Assembly (NCBI GenBank): GCA_051013385.1
Contig: CP143273.1
Coordinates: 1,184,001 to 1,248,000 of the forward strand
Origin: Phormidium sp.
GTDB taxonomy: Bacteria; Cyanobacteriota; Cyanobacteriia; Cyanobacteriales; Aerosakkonemataceae
Direction of reading: 5' to 3'
DNA length: 64,000 bases
Within the stretch, counting starts at the first letter, position 1; each line of letters begins with the position of its first letter. Of this stretch, positions 1-11,100 are shown piece by piece. The translations under genes and the position numbers were made by a program. The notes beneath the pieces are model-generated. The model ran no database searches and was not told the origin of the DNA. It saw only the letters and a list, made by a program, of their open reading frames with translations.

Positions 1-893
1 CGATTACGAAAATTATGGTCATCGATCGCGCCACCAGCCGGAGCCATAAAAATCAAATCTTCAGGATGGAAATCAATTGGACGACGAGATAAAAGTATTT
101 TTTGGAGGTGAGGGGTAAGATTGATAGTGCGATCGCGTCCGGTTTTGGTTTCTTTACGACGACCGCGACTTAAACTTTCACCAATCCAAACAGTAGAGCA
201 ATTCTCATCTAAATGTTTCCATTGAAGTGCGATCGCTTCGCCAGTCCTGACACCAGTACCAAAGAGGAATTCTACAAAATCGGCATAGTGGGGAAATTGC
301 TCTCTAAAAGCAGTAACAATTTTAATGATTTCTTCTTTAGTAAAAGGTTTGGGTTTTTGTTTAGGTGGGACACGAACTTTAATGTCATCCCAAGGATTTT
401 CGGTTACTAATTTATTTTTGATTCCCCAATCCCAGCAAGCTTTCAGTAAACCAATTCTCTCTTTTAAAGTGACAGGAGCTACAAGAGATGCTAACTGTTC
501 TTTAAATTTCAGAGCTTCAGTTGAAGTAATTGCGATCGCAGGTTTCGACGGCCAAAATGCCTCAAGTTTATTGAGAAGTCCTTCATATTTAACTAAAGTG
601 CGATCGTAGACTTGCTTTGACTTATTTTCCATAAATCGTTGAAAAAGATCGTGAGCCGTGATTTGATTTTGTCGCTCTGGTTTATACTTTGCCAAACTTG
701 GATCAAAATTACCTGTAGCTAAATCTCCTTCAATTACCTTGGCTTTGCCCTCAGCCACAATTCGGTTAAGGGGTGTATCAGCTAGACCACAGTAAAGGTA
801 ATATCGTTTCCCGGCATAGCTCCAAACTAGCCTCAGAACTCCCTTAAAGTTCTGAACAGCTACGTTTCCTTTCCGAGTGCGGTGTTCAACCAT
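1..893 (-). CDS. Tyrosine recombinase/integrase with N-terminal Arm DNA-binding domain (partial, runs off window)
   Basis: Not in ORF track. Minus frame from ATG at 893 reads MVEHRTRKGNVAVQNFKGSLRLVWSYAGKRYYLYCGLADTPLNR...FLFGTGVRTGEAIALQWKH...KETKTGRDRTI (catalytic Arg box); open to the window edge. Confidence 0.9.
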   Translation of the reverse strand, partial: MVEHRTRKGNVAVQNFKGVLRLVWSYAGKRYYLYCGLADTPLNRIVAEGKAKVIEGDLATGNFDPSLAKYKPERQNQITAHDLFQRFMENKSKQVYDRTLVKYEGLLNKLEAFWPSKPAIAITSTEALKFKEQLASLVAPVTLKERIGLLKACWDWGIKNKLVTENPWDDIKVRVPPKQKPKPFTKEEIIKIVTAFREQFPHYADFVEFLFGTGVRTGEAIALQWKHLDENCSTVWIGESLSRGRRKETKTGRDRTINLTPHLQKILLSRRPIDFHPEDLIFMAPAGGAIDDHNFRN

Positions 894-1041
894 CGTTCAA
901 ACCCTGAAAATGCGTATCTCAAATTTATCTCAATATATGGCTGAAACTGGCATTTTATGTCATACCCTTTTAGGTCAGATAATGGTCAGGAGTAAGGGAT
1001 GACCAAGGCTAAAAGCCTTGCTGTGAAAGGGATTTCGGAAA

Positions 1042-1115
<74 letters not shown>

Positions 1116-1405
1116 TCAGATTTATCATTATAACACAGATTCTCCAGTTAATACATAAATTTCTGAAAAACGCTTCGCGGGATTTGTGTAATTAATCCTA
1201 CCAATTAGCAATACTAAATGTGTCTTCTATAACAAGGAATAAAAAGGATATTCCTTAAGATAGATTTAAGATTTAGCATTAATCTTGTTAAGATTTGTAA
1301 ATACATATCTGATCGATCGCTAAATCAAACTAGTGAGTCACCGCTTACACAAGCATAACGCCTACTGAGTTGCGTCCCCTAGCCCAAATTTTTAGCCTAA
1401 AAACT

Positions 1406-3727
1406 ATGCCATTAAAAGGATATACCCACAGCCAGGAAATTACGGTCAACCTGCCCCAAGAAATTCCAGGTGAACAAAAAGAAAGCCATAACGAGACTAA
1501 TAACAATCAGCGTCATGGCAAAGTCGTACCATTACAAAATTTCCTCTTCCGAGAAGTACATCAGGCAGTTAAACTTTTTGCAGGTGGAGAAGAAGCTTTA
1601 CTTCGCCAAATCATCAGTAAAGCCCCTGTATTTTTTTATGCTTTGGATGGTAACGGTGTTTTTACCCTGGCTGAAGGTAAAGCATTAGAAACTTTAGGGT
1701 TAAACTCACAGCAAGTAGTCGGGAAGTCAATATTTGAGATTTTTCATGATTTACCCGTCTTTTTAGATAATGTTCGGGCTTGTTTAGCGGGCGAGGAGAT
1801 TGTTTGGCAATCAACGATCGCTAATATGGTGTATGACAATCATCTGACACCTTTAGTGCAGGCAAACGACGAGGTAGTTGGTTTAATCGGAATTTCTGTA
1901 CTTAATATTACCAAACATCAGCAAACAGAAGAACAGTTACGACTCTTAGCCGAAGCAGTTAAACATACTGAAGATGCGGTGATCATTACTTCTACTGACT
2001 TGGAACCTCCAGGACCCAGTATAGTATTTGTTAATCCGGCATTTACTAAAATGACGGGTTATACTGCCGAAGAAGTGATGGGTCGAAATCCGCGTTTTTT
2101 GCAAGGGCCAAATACTGACCGGACAGTTTTAAGTAGATTGCGGAAAACTTTAGAGGGTGGAGAAGTATTTTACGGGGAAGCGATTAATTATCGCAAGGAT
2201 GGTACAGAATTTTATAACGAATGGCATATTGAACCAATTCGGGATGCCCAAGGTAGAATTACACATTATTTGGGAGTACAAAGAGACATTACTGAACGGA
2301 AAAAAGCGGAAGCGCAATTAATTCATAATGCTTTGTATGATAGTTTAACAGGTTTGCCGAATCGGACATTATGGGCAAGGCGTTTAGAAGAAGCAATTGC
2401 TAAAGCTAAAGAATGTCAAGATTACCTATTTGCTGTGTTATTTTTAGATTTAGATCGCTTCAAGTTAGTGAATGATAGTTTAGGGCATTTAGCAGGAGAT
2501 GAATTGCTGATCGCAATCGCGAAACGTCTGCAATCTAGCCTGCGACCTAGTGATACTGTAGCGCGATTGGGTGGCGATGAATTTGGAATTTTGCTCACCA
2601 ATATTCAAGAATTGGAAAATATTACCGCTGTTGTCAACCGCATTCAAAATAGCGTTAGACAACCGCTAAAATTAGAAGGACAAGAGGTTTTTACTACTGC
2701 TAGTATTGGCATTGCTTTATCTTCGGCTGGCTACGATTATGCCCAAGATTTGATGCGAGATGCTGATATTGCTATGTATCGGGCTAAAGTATTGGGTAAA
2801 GCTCGTTCTTGTCTGTTCAACAAAACTATGCACCAAATAGCGGTGAATAGATTACGTTTAGAAACAGATTTACGCAGGGCTTTAGAACGACAAGAATTAA
2901 GATTACATTATCAGCCAATTGTTTCTCTGACCACAGGGGAAATTACTGGATTTGAAGCATTAATACGTTGGGAACATCCCGAAGATGGTTTAATTTCCCC
3001 ATCCCAGTTTATTCCTGTGGCTGAAGAAACGGGATTAATTAATCAGATTGGTTGGTGGGTGTTGCGGGAAGCTTGCCTAAAATTACGAATTTGGCAGTTA
3101 ACTTTTCCCAAAGAAACGCCTTTAACCATGAGTGTAAATCTTTCCGGTAAACAATTTGCTCAACCGGGATTAATTGAAAAGGTAAATTTAATTTTGCAGG
3201 AAACTGGGTGCGATCGCAATTCCCTAAAACTCGAACTTACCGAAAGTGCCATTATGGAACACAGTAATGCTAATTCCGTATTGGAAAAGCTGCGGAGTTT
3301 GGGAGTAATGTTAGATATAGATGATTTTGGCATTGGTTATTCTTCTCTCGATCGGTTGTATCAATTTCCCATCAATACTTTAAAGATAGACAGATCTTTT
3401 GTTAGTCGGATTGATGCTGGTGGCAGAAATGTAGAAATTGTCAAAGCTATTGTTACTTTAGCTCATACTTTAGGGATGAATGTAGTTGCAGAAGGAGTGG
3501 AAACTGTCCAACAAGCAAGTCTATTACAAACTCTTAATTGTGAATTTGCCCAAGGCTATCTTTTCTCTAAACCTTTGGAGGAAAAAGCTGCCGAAGCATT
3601 ATTAAAATCTCAACCACAGTGCTGTTGTCACACTAAAACTGATAACAGAAGTCAGTTGCCGCAATCGGCTAGTCATATTAGTTCGGTATACTCGGCGCGA
3701 TCACAAACTGTGGTTTTTGATTTGTAG
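1406..3727 (+). CDS. PAS-PAS(LOV-like)-GGDEF-EAL c-di-GMP signalling protein
   Basis: Two PAS domains, RPSD I-site, GGDEF, FEAL and DDFGIGYSSL motifs. Start uncertain (TTG 1370 or ATG 1406). Confidence 0.92.
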   Translation: MPLKGYTHSQEITVNLPQEIPGEQKESHNETNNNQRHGKVVPLQNFLFREVHQAVKLFAGGEEALLRQIISKAPVFFYALDGNGVFTLAEGKALETLGLNSQQVVGKSIFEIFHDLPVFLDNVRACLAGEEIVWQSTIANMVYDNHLTPLVQANDEVVGLIGISVLNITKHQQTEEQLRLLAEAVKHTEDAVIITSTDLEPPGPSIVFVNPAFTKMTGYTAEEVMGRNPRFLQGPNTDRTVLSRLRKTLEGGEVFYGEAINYRKDGTEFYNEWHIEPIRDAQGRITHYLGVQRDITERKKAEAQLIHNALYDSLTGLPNRTLWARRLEEAIAKAKECQDYLFAVLFLDLDRFKLVNDSLGHLAGDELLIAIAKRLQSSLRPSDTVARLGGDEFGILLTNIQELENITAVVNRIQNSVRQPLKLEGQEVFTTASIGIALSSAGYDYAQDLMRDADIAMYRAKVLGKARSCLFNKTMHQIAVNRLRLETDLRRALERQELRLHYQPIVSLTTGEITGFEALIRWEHPEDGLISPSQFIPVAEETGLINQIGWWVLREACLKLRIWQLTFPKETPLTMSVNLSGKQFAQPGLIEKVNLILQETGCDRNSLKLELTESAIMEHSNANSVLEKLRSLGVMLDIDDFGIGYSSLDRLYQFPINTLKIDRSFVSRIDAGGRNVEIVKAIVTLAHTLGMNVVAEGVETVQQASLLQTLNCEFAQGYLFSKPLEEKAAEALLKSQPQCCCHTKTDNRSQLPQSASHISSVYSARSQTVVFDL

Positions 3728-3820
3728 GGGCGAACGCGAGTGCGTGCCGTAGGCATCAGCATTCCGGCAATAATTTGTTGGTGATCGCCAAATATATGTA
3801 CCGGAATGCTTCGCCCCTAC
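3724..3820. repeat. REP/MITE-like inverted repeat with a 24-nt insertion in its left arm
   Basis: Right arm CCGGAATGCTTCGCCCCTAC (3801-3820); left arm GTAGGGGCGA[24 nt]AGCATTCCGG. Confidence 0.8.
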
Positions 3821-3973
3821 TCTATGACCGTGAACAGTATATATATAATACCCACTTCGCAAGATATACAATCAATAGAAGCTGCGAGTTAGAAAAAAGT
3901 CAGATGTCAGGTAAGTAAGATGAGCAATATTTACCTTACTACCTGAAAATTTAAGTTAATTGATGTTAGGAAC

Positions 3974-4747
3974 TTAAGCAAAAGTTGAGTTTCCTAAATC
4001 TGGGGGTACATCTTGGTAACGCCCAGAACCTACGGCTTGAATTGCTTCTTTTAGTGAAACATCTCCAGTATATATGGCGCGTCCGACGATCGCACCTCGC
4101 ACTCCCAAAGGTTCCAAAGCTAGTAAACTTAAAAGGTCAGTTAAAGAACTTACGCCACCAGAAGCAATTACGGGAATGGAAAGATTACTTGCTAATTCTC
4201 GCAATGCTTCTAAATTTGGCCCAATCAGAGTGCCATCGCGATGAATGTCAGTATAAATAATTTCCACTGCACCCATTTGGGCTATTTGTTGGGCTAAATT
4301 TTGGGCGGTAACTTCGGAAGTTTCTAACCAACCTCTGGTAGCAACTTTACCATTTCGGGCATCAATTCCGACGATAATTTTATCGGGGAATTCTTGACAC
4401 AGTTGGGCGACTAATTCGGGTTTTTCTACAGCAACGGTTCCCAAAATTGCCCAGCGAACGCCCATATTTAATAGTGTGGCAACGCTGGTGCGATCGCGCA
4501 ATCCCCCGCCAACTTCTACAGCGATGGGTACAGCTTGAACGATCGCTTCAATACTTTTTAAATTAACTGATTCTCCAGTTTTTGCTCCATCTAAATCAAC
4601 TAAATGTAATCGAGTCGCCCCTTGTTCTACCCACTGTTTAGCAACAGCAACGGGATTTTCATCAAAAACTTGCGACTGCGAATAATCTCCTTGATACAGT
4701 CGCACACATTTACCATCTAATAAATCAATTGCTGGGATAACTTCCAT
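3974..4747 (-). CDS. hisA: ProFAR isomerase (histidine biosynthesis)
   Basis: [41 protein letters not shown] motifs. Confidence 0.96.
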   Translation of the reverse strand: MEVIPAIDLLDGKCVRLYQGDYSQSQVFDENPVAVAKQWVEQGATRLHLVDLDGAKTGESVNLKSIEAIVQAVPIAVEVGGGLRDRTSVATLLNMGVRWAILGTVAVEKPELVAQLCQEFPDKIIVGIDARNGKVATRGWLETSEVTAQNLAQQIAQMGAVEIIYTDIHRDGTLIGPNLEALRELASNLSIPVIASGGVSSLTDLLSLLALEPLGVRGAIVGRAIYTGDVSLKEAIQAVGSGRYQDVPPDLGNSTFA

Positions 4748-4753
4748 TTCTAA

Positions 4754-4925
4754 GAGTTTTGAATTTTGAGTTTTGAGTTTTGAGTTTTGAGTTTTGAGTT
4801 GGGACTGGGCACTGGGGAAGTTTTGAGTTTTGAGTTTTGAGTTGAGGAGTTGAGAAAGTTTTAAGTTAAAGAGTTTTTTTGCCCCTCTGCCCCTCTGCGC
4901 CTCTGCCCCTCTGCCCCTCTGCGCC
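4754..4925. repeat. Short tandem repeats (TTTTGAG)n and (GCCCCTCT)n
   Basis: Visible heptamer and octamer arrays, typical STRRs of filamentous cyanobacteria. Confidence 0.9.
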
Positions 4926-6577
4926 TAAGAAGGTGGTATTTCTGAGAGAATTGTAAACCGGATGTGATTCAGGGCTAAATCACCGATCGAAACAACTTCT
5001 TTATTCAGCAGAGTATTGTTAGAACTGATATTTTCAAACGAAATACCTTTGCCAATTTCTACATGATACCAAGATAAGCCCATAAAAAATCTAGTGGGAT
5101 ATGGGCCTCCTTCTACTGTGTCATCGGGGTTAGATTCCATTGGCAACCAACCAAAACCAGGGACATAAAATTCCATCCAAACATGATTAAAATCGGGGGA
5201 CAAAGGTACATTTTGATATTCGGGATTTTTCGGACATTTGTAACGTCCGACTGTGCGACAGGCGATCCCATTTAAGCGGGAAAGGGCTAATAAAATGCCT
5301 AAATATTCGCCGCAAGAACCAACGCCTCTTTGTAAGGCGACATCTGGGGGATCGATGTGAGGTTTGATGCCGTAGGAAAGTTTATCATAAACGAAGTTGC
5401 GAATTTTATAGATTTTCCGCATGAGATTTGTTTCTGTGCCGATCGCTTCTTTGGCAGCATTACGGATAATCTCTGTATCCATTGCCAAATCGTCATTATC
5501 TACCAAATATTTCTCTTGAAGTTCTGGTGCTAATTCTGGCAATTTTTCTACATCTCTTGGGGTCAACCGATATTTAATGCTGTAAACTTCTAGCAGTGCT
5601 TTCCACCCAAAAATGTGCCTTTCTTGTGGTGTTAGTTTGTCAAATTTAAACACTGCTACCCTTTGTCCGTTAATAATTTCTTCGGTAAAGGGACGACCTA
5701 TGGGGTAAATTTCCCTAATTTTTTGGCGCAATGTTTCTGATGGCAGGGCGATCCGCCATTCTAAGTTTTCTAAATGCACGTCTTCTAGTTGTGAGAGTTC
5801 TTCAACGTAGCTGACTTCCATTAAATAACCATTAGATAAGGCGTAATTTCCTTCGGGATAATAGTGGAAATAGAGGGGATGAATGAAGGTGCGATCGCGA
5901 AAATCTAATTCTTGTGGTGGGTCGGAGTTTGGGTCATCTCTGACGTAACATTCTTTATAGGCATAAGCAACATAAAGCACTTCTTTGTCAGTTTCGGGAT
6001 CGTGATAAAAAGCTAACCCTGTGGGATTTTCAAAAGGTGTTAATAAGCTAAATTTTATTTCCCCTGTTGCCCGTTCTAAACAGAATACTGTTTGTTCTTC
6101 GTCATCAGCGATCCAAATTTCTTCGCCTTTAATTGTCAAATGTTCTCGACCGATTCCCGGTGTATAGAATCTTGTAATCAAGTTTCCTTTGTTGGCATCA
6201 TAAATGTAAATGTAACCCGTTTTTTGGCAACTTACATAAACTGTTGATTCCCAAACTGTTATGCCATTGGCGGTGTAAGGTAAAGTTACAAAATGTTGGG
6301 GCGTAAAGTCTGTCAAATTACAAAAGTAAACATCTTCATCTCTAGTAAACCACAGCTTGTCTTCCCAAACAGCAAACCCGGTAGCATCTAAGAATTCCCC
6401 AACCCGATCGGGATTTAAAATAGTGGTGTCGTCATTTTTTAGATTAACTTGTAATAGATATCCGGTTGTATGATCTAGGGCAATTAACCGATCGCCCAAA
6501 CAGCTAATATCGTGAATTGCATAAGCTGCAAATGGTCTAATTGTTCTAAACATAAAGTCTTGGGTTGAAGAAACCAT
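4925..6577 (-). CDS. Transglutaminase-like domain protein with N-terminal beta-propeller-like region
   Basis: C-terminal GSCGEY...NGIACR...NHVWMEFYVPGFGWLP core. Confidence 0.82.
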   Translation of the reverse strand: MVSSTQDFMFRTIRPFAAYAIHDISCLGDRLIALDHTTGYLLQVNLKNDDTTILNPDRVGEFLDATGFAVWEDKLWFTRDEDVYFCNLTDFTPQHFVTLPYTANGITVWESTVYVSCQKTGYIYIYDANKGNLITRFYTPGIGREHLTIKGEEIWIADDEEQTVFCLERATGEIKFSLLTPFENPTGLAFYHDPETDKEVLYVAYAYKECYVRDDPNSDPPQELDFRDRTFIHPLYFHYYPEGNYALSNGYLMEVSYVEELSQLEDVHLENLEWRIALPSETLRQKIREIYPIGRPFTEEIINGQRVAVFKFDKLTPQERHIFGWKALLEVYSIKYRLTPRDVEKLPELAPELQEKYLVDNDDLAMDTEIIRNAAKEAIGTETNLMRKIYKIRNFVYDKLSYGIKPHIDPPDVALQRGVGSCGEYLGILLALSRLNGIACRTVGRYKCPKNPEYQNVPLSPDFNHVWMEFYVPGFGWLPMESNPDDTVEGGPYPTRFFMGLSWYHVEIGKGISFENISSNNTLLNKEVVSIGDLALNHIRFTILSEIPPS

Positions 6578-7105
6578 AGCCGTATCAGGTAAAAATTGGT
6601 TAGTACGCGCCCTTTGTTAAACTCTTGACCCGGGAAAGGTTGCATCCTTGTCCCAGTTTGAGCATGGCTTGCTCATGGTTAACAGTTAAATTTGTTACAA
6701 TAAACTATTGACCACTAGCTACCTTAACAAATTAAGCTAAATATAGGTCTGTGAGGAGAAAAAAGCCAGTTAAGATTTTATAAAAGTTTGTGGCTTTTAA
6801 ACTGCTCAGCGGGAACACCAAAGGGAAGTGATATCGTTTCAGGTTAATTTTGCTAAGATGAATCACACTCCAGCTAGGGGAAATTCCTGATGCGGAGATT
6901 GATTCATAGCATTATTCTAGAGAATCGATATTAAAACATAAATCTGTCCAGTAGCTTAAATTCCAGAGTGTGTTTCATTTGGGTTAAGACAAATGAACTT
7001 CCTGGGAGTAAGTCGCTACTAAAAACTAGAAACTCTAAGTTAGATTCACTCGTCTGTTACTATTAAACCTTTGCTCAGTACTTTAGGGGTACTGTTATTT
7101 TAACT

Positions 7106-7933
7106 ATGATTCGGATTTTACAGTTTACTAACCCTTGGATCTTGTTATTTTTGGCTTTAGCGATCGCTTCTCCCGTCCCCATCCGAGTTGCAGCACAGTC
7201 ACCAAGACCCAATAACCAAAGTTTACCAACAAATTGGGGCGCTTACGAACCAGATGGTAATATTGGTAGTCCTGGTAGGCGAGAAGGTGGAGGCACCAGA
7301 GGCCCTTGTATTCAAAATAGTGCCAACGATAAAGTTATGGCTTTGGTGCCAGTTAACGGTTTTGGTACTACCACAGCTGAGTATCCTACTTTCTCAGTTT
7401 ATCTGCCGCCCCTATCACTAGAAACCGAGCCAGAGATAGAATTTGTGCTGAAAACACCTCAGCAAAAAGAGATTTACAAAACTAAGTTTAAGATCAATCG
7501 TGGGGTAGGGATTATCAGTTTTAGTCTTCCTCATACTAGCAATTTACCAGCTTTAGAATTGAACAAAAATTATTTCTGGTCAGTGACTTTAATTTGTAGT
7601 CCAGAGGATGTAAATATAGGTGATTTATCTGGTAATAAAGTAGTATCAGGAGTGATTCGGCGCGTTACCCCAAATGCGAATGTGCTCCAAGAGTTGGAGA
7701 GAGCAGAATCATGGCGCGATCGCGTTATCATCTATGCCAAAGCCGGGATTTGGTACGATGCTTTAAGTAATCTAGCAGAAATGCGACGGCGCAATCCCAA
7801 CGATCCAATAGTTGTCAGAGATTGGCAGCAATTGTTAAAGTCAGTGGGTATGGAAAAATTGGCCCAAGAACCAATCATGCAACCTGTGGTAGGTAGAAAT
7901 CAATTGAGTTCGGCGGTGTCTCGCGAGTATTAA
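7106..7933 (+). CDS. DUF928 domain secreted protein
   Basis: Signal peptide, GRREGGGTRG, YFWSVTLIC, YAKAGIWYDAL, WQQLLKSVG. Confidence 0.88.
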   Translation: MIRILQFTNPWILLFLALAIASPVPIRVAAQSPRPNNQSLPTNWGAYEPDGNIGSPGRREGGGTRGPCIQNSANDKVMALVPVNGFGTTTAEYPTFSVYLPPLSLETEPEIEFVLKTPQQKEIYKTKFKINRGVGIISFSLPHTSNLPALELNKNYFWSVTLICSPEDVNIGDLSGNKVVSGVIRRVTPNANVLQELERAESWRDRVIIYAKAGIWYDALSNLAEMRRRNPNDPIVVRDWQQLLKSVGMEKLAQEPIMQPVVGRNQLSSAVSREY

Positions 7934-8109
7934 TTTCTACCTAAAGATTGATGCTTGTCTAAGAATTTATCCTTAAAAAGCCCCTGCAACCTTTCTAACT
8001 CTAGCCAGATGCCTAAAACTACTACTTTTGGTTAACTTAATTAACCGAAGATGTTAGCAATAATAGATCCTATTATTATTGGTGCAAACTTTTACTTAGA
8101 AATCTGGCA

Positions 8110-11100
8110 ATGCAAAACTCAATGTTGAATAACGATCCCCTTTGGTTCAAAAACGCCATCATTTATGAAGTACCAGTGCGTGCCTTTGCCGATAGCAACG
8201 GTGATGGAATTGGCGACTTTCGGGGGTTGACCGAAAAACTAGATTATCTGCAAGATTTAGGAGTTACAGCATTATGGATCTTGCCATTTTTTCCTTCACC
8301 ATTGAGGGATGATGGCTATGACATAGCAGATTATACAAATGTCAATCCTATTTATGGGAATTTAGCAGATTTTCAAGAGTTTTTAGCAGCTGCCCATCAA
8401 AGAGGGATTCGGGTAATTATCGAGTTAATCATTAATCACACTTCCGAGCAACATCCTTGGTTTCAAAGAGCACGCAGAGCACCCAAAGGTAGTAAAGAAA
8501 GAGATTTTTACGTTTGGAGTGACACTCCAGAAAAATATAAAGAAGCCAGGATTATTTTCCAAGACTTTGAAACTTCTAATTGGGCTTGGGATTCCGTTGC
8601 CCAAGCTTACTATTGGCATCGGTTTTACTCCCATCAACCAGACTTAAATTATGATAATCCAGAAGTGCAACAAGCAGTGTTTGAAGTATTAGATTTCTGG
8701 TTGGCAATGGGTGTTGATGGACTGCGGATGGATGCGGTTCCTTACCTCTACGAACGAGAAGGAACGAATTGCGAAAACCTCCCAGAAACTCATGAGTTTT
8801 TAAAACAACTTCGTCGCCATGTAGACGAGAAATTCCCCAATCGAATGTTGCTGGCTGAAGCTAATCAATGGCCTGAAGATGCAGCACAATATTATGGATA
8901 TGGCGATGAGTGCCACATGAATTTTCATTTCCCCTTAATGCCGCGTTTGTTTATGTCATTAAGGATGGAAGATAGCTTTCCAATTTCAGATATTTTACAA
9001 CAAACTCCGACAATTCCACCGAACTGTCAATGGGCATTATTCTTGCGAAATCATGACGAATTAACCTTGGAAATGGTATCAGATGAAGACCGGGATTATA
9101 TGTATCGAGTTTATGCCCAAGACCCGGAAATGAGAGTTAATTTGGGAATTCGTCGGAGGTTAGCGCCGCTATTAGGAAATGACCGTCGCCAGATTGAATT
9201 ATTGAATAGTTTGTTACTATCTCTTCCGGGAACTCCTGTGCTTTATTATGGTGATGAAATTGGCATGGGGGATAATGTTTTTGTGGGCGATCGCAACGGT
9301 GTCCGCACGCCAATGCAATGGAACGCTGACAGAAATGCTGGGTTTAGTCGGGCAAGTGCTCATAAACTTTATTTACCAGTAAATGTTGATTCAGAATATC
9401 ACTATGCCACAGTGAATGTAGAAGCACAAAGAGCAAATCCGAATTCTTTGTGGTATGCAATGAAACGCCTAATTTCTACAAGGAAACATCTGCAAGCATT
9501 AGGTAAAGGTAGCTTTGAATTACTGCATCCTGAAAATCGCAAAGTGTTGGCTTTTACCCGCACTTATCAGGATGAACATATTTTAATAGTGGCGAATTTG
9601 TCTCGGTTTGTGCAAACTGTGGAATTGGATTTATCGCCATTTCAAGGCATGGTTCCAGTAGAAATTTTTGGTCGGACTCAGTTTCCCCAAATTGGCGATT
9701 CGCCTTATTTTATAAGTATTGCCCCTTACGCTTTTTACTGGTTTAGCTTGAAACTGCAACCAAGTTTAATTCCTCTACCAAAACGGCAGACAAATTTAAC
9801 AACTTTGGCAGTTAGTGGCAAGTGGCAAAACATCTTTTCTCAACGGGATTTGAAAAATACTTTGGAGTTAATCCTCTCGGATTATTTGTATAGTTGTCGC
9901 TGGTTTAATGGGAAGGATCGCACGATTCAGTCTACAGAAATTACAGAGGCTATTCCCGTAATTTACAAAAATTTATCAGCACAGATTGTTTGGTTAAAAG
10001 TGGATTTTATTCAAGGAGAACCAGAGACTTATCTGTTGCCTTTAGCTTACAGGGAAGGGGAAGAAGCTAAAGAAATTGAGTCAGAAATGCCCCAAAATAT
10101 AGTAGCCAATTTGCAAGAAGAAGGGAAAGAGGAAGCGGGGATTTTGTTTGATGCGATCGCAGATAGTAATTTCCTGAATACGATGTTGGATGCGATCGCC
10201 AATAATCGTTCCTATAAAGGAAAGGCAGGAGAATTAATTGCCTCTACTACTGATATTTTCCCTTCCGAAATTCCGGCTTTAAATCCTGTTTTAATGAAGG
10301 GAGAACACAAAAATACCTGTGCTATTTACAGCGATCCAGCGAAAAGCGGATCTACCCTACAAAATCGCCTGATGTTAAAGATTTACCATCAAATTGAAGA
10401 AGGCATTAATCCAGATTTAGAAATCAGACGTTTCCTCAGCGAACAAAAAACTTTGCAACACTTTGCCCGCATTGCAGGTGCATTAGAATACCGCAATGGT
10501 AAAGGTATTCAAACTGTGGGATTATTGCAAGACTTCATTCCTGATGTCAGGAATACTTGGGATTATACTCTTGATAGTTTACGCGACTATTTTGAGCGAA
10601 TTACAGTCCAACAATCTGAAGCTTCATTACTTACTGTACCATCAGGTTCGCCGTTAGATTTACAACCTGAATATCTGCCGGAATTAGCACAACAAACGAT
10701 CGGTTCTTATCTAGCAAGCGCCAGTTTAATCGGTGAAGTTACCGCCGAATTACACATTGCATTAGCCACTAATGCTGAAGATCCAAATTTTGCGCCAGAA
10801 CCATTTTCTTCTTTCTACCAACGTTCAATTTACCAGTATGCGCGTAACCTCACAGGACAGGTTTTACTGGACTTGAAAAAGCAGCTAAAAACCTTACCAC
10901 CTGAAACCCAAAAATTAGCCCAAGCTGTTTTAAATCGCCAAGAAGAATTTTTTGGACGCTATCAATTAGTTCTCAATCAAAAAATCACAGCTAAGAGAAC
11001 TCGCTATCACGGAGACTATCACTTAGGGCAACTTCTTTATACAGGTAAAGACTTTGTTATTATTGATTTTGAAGGAGAACCTGGAAGAAGTTTAAGTGAA

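Noticed and set aside
213..609. Plus-strand ORFs 213-410 and 325-609
   Set aside because: Antisense shadows of the integrase.
6578..7105. ncRNA or riboswitch in the long intergenic region
   Set aside because: Only short hairpins; no recognisable family.
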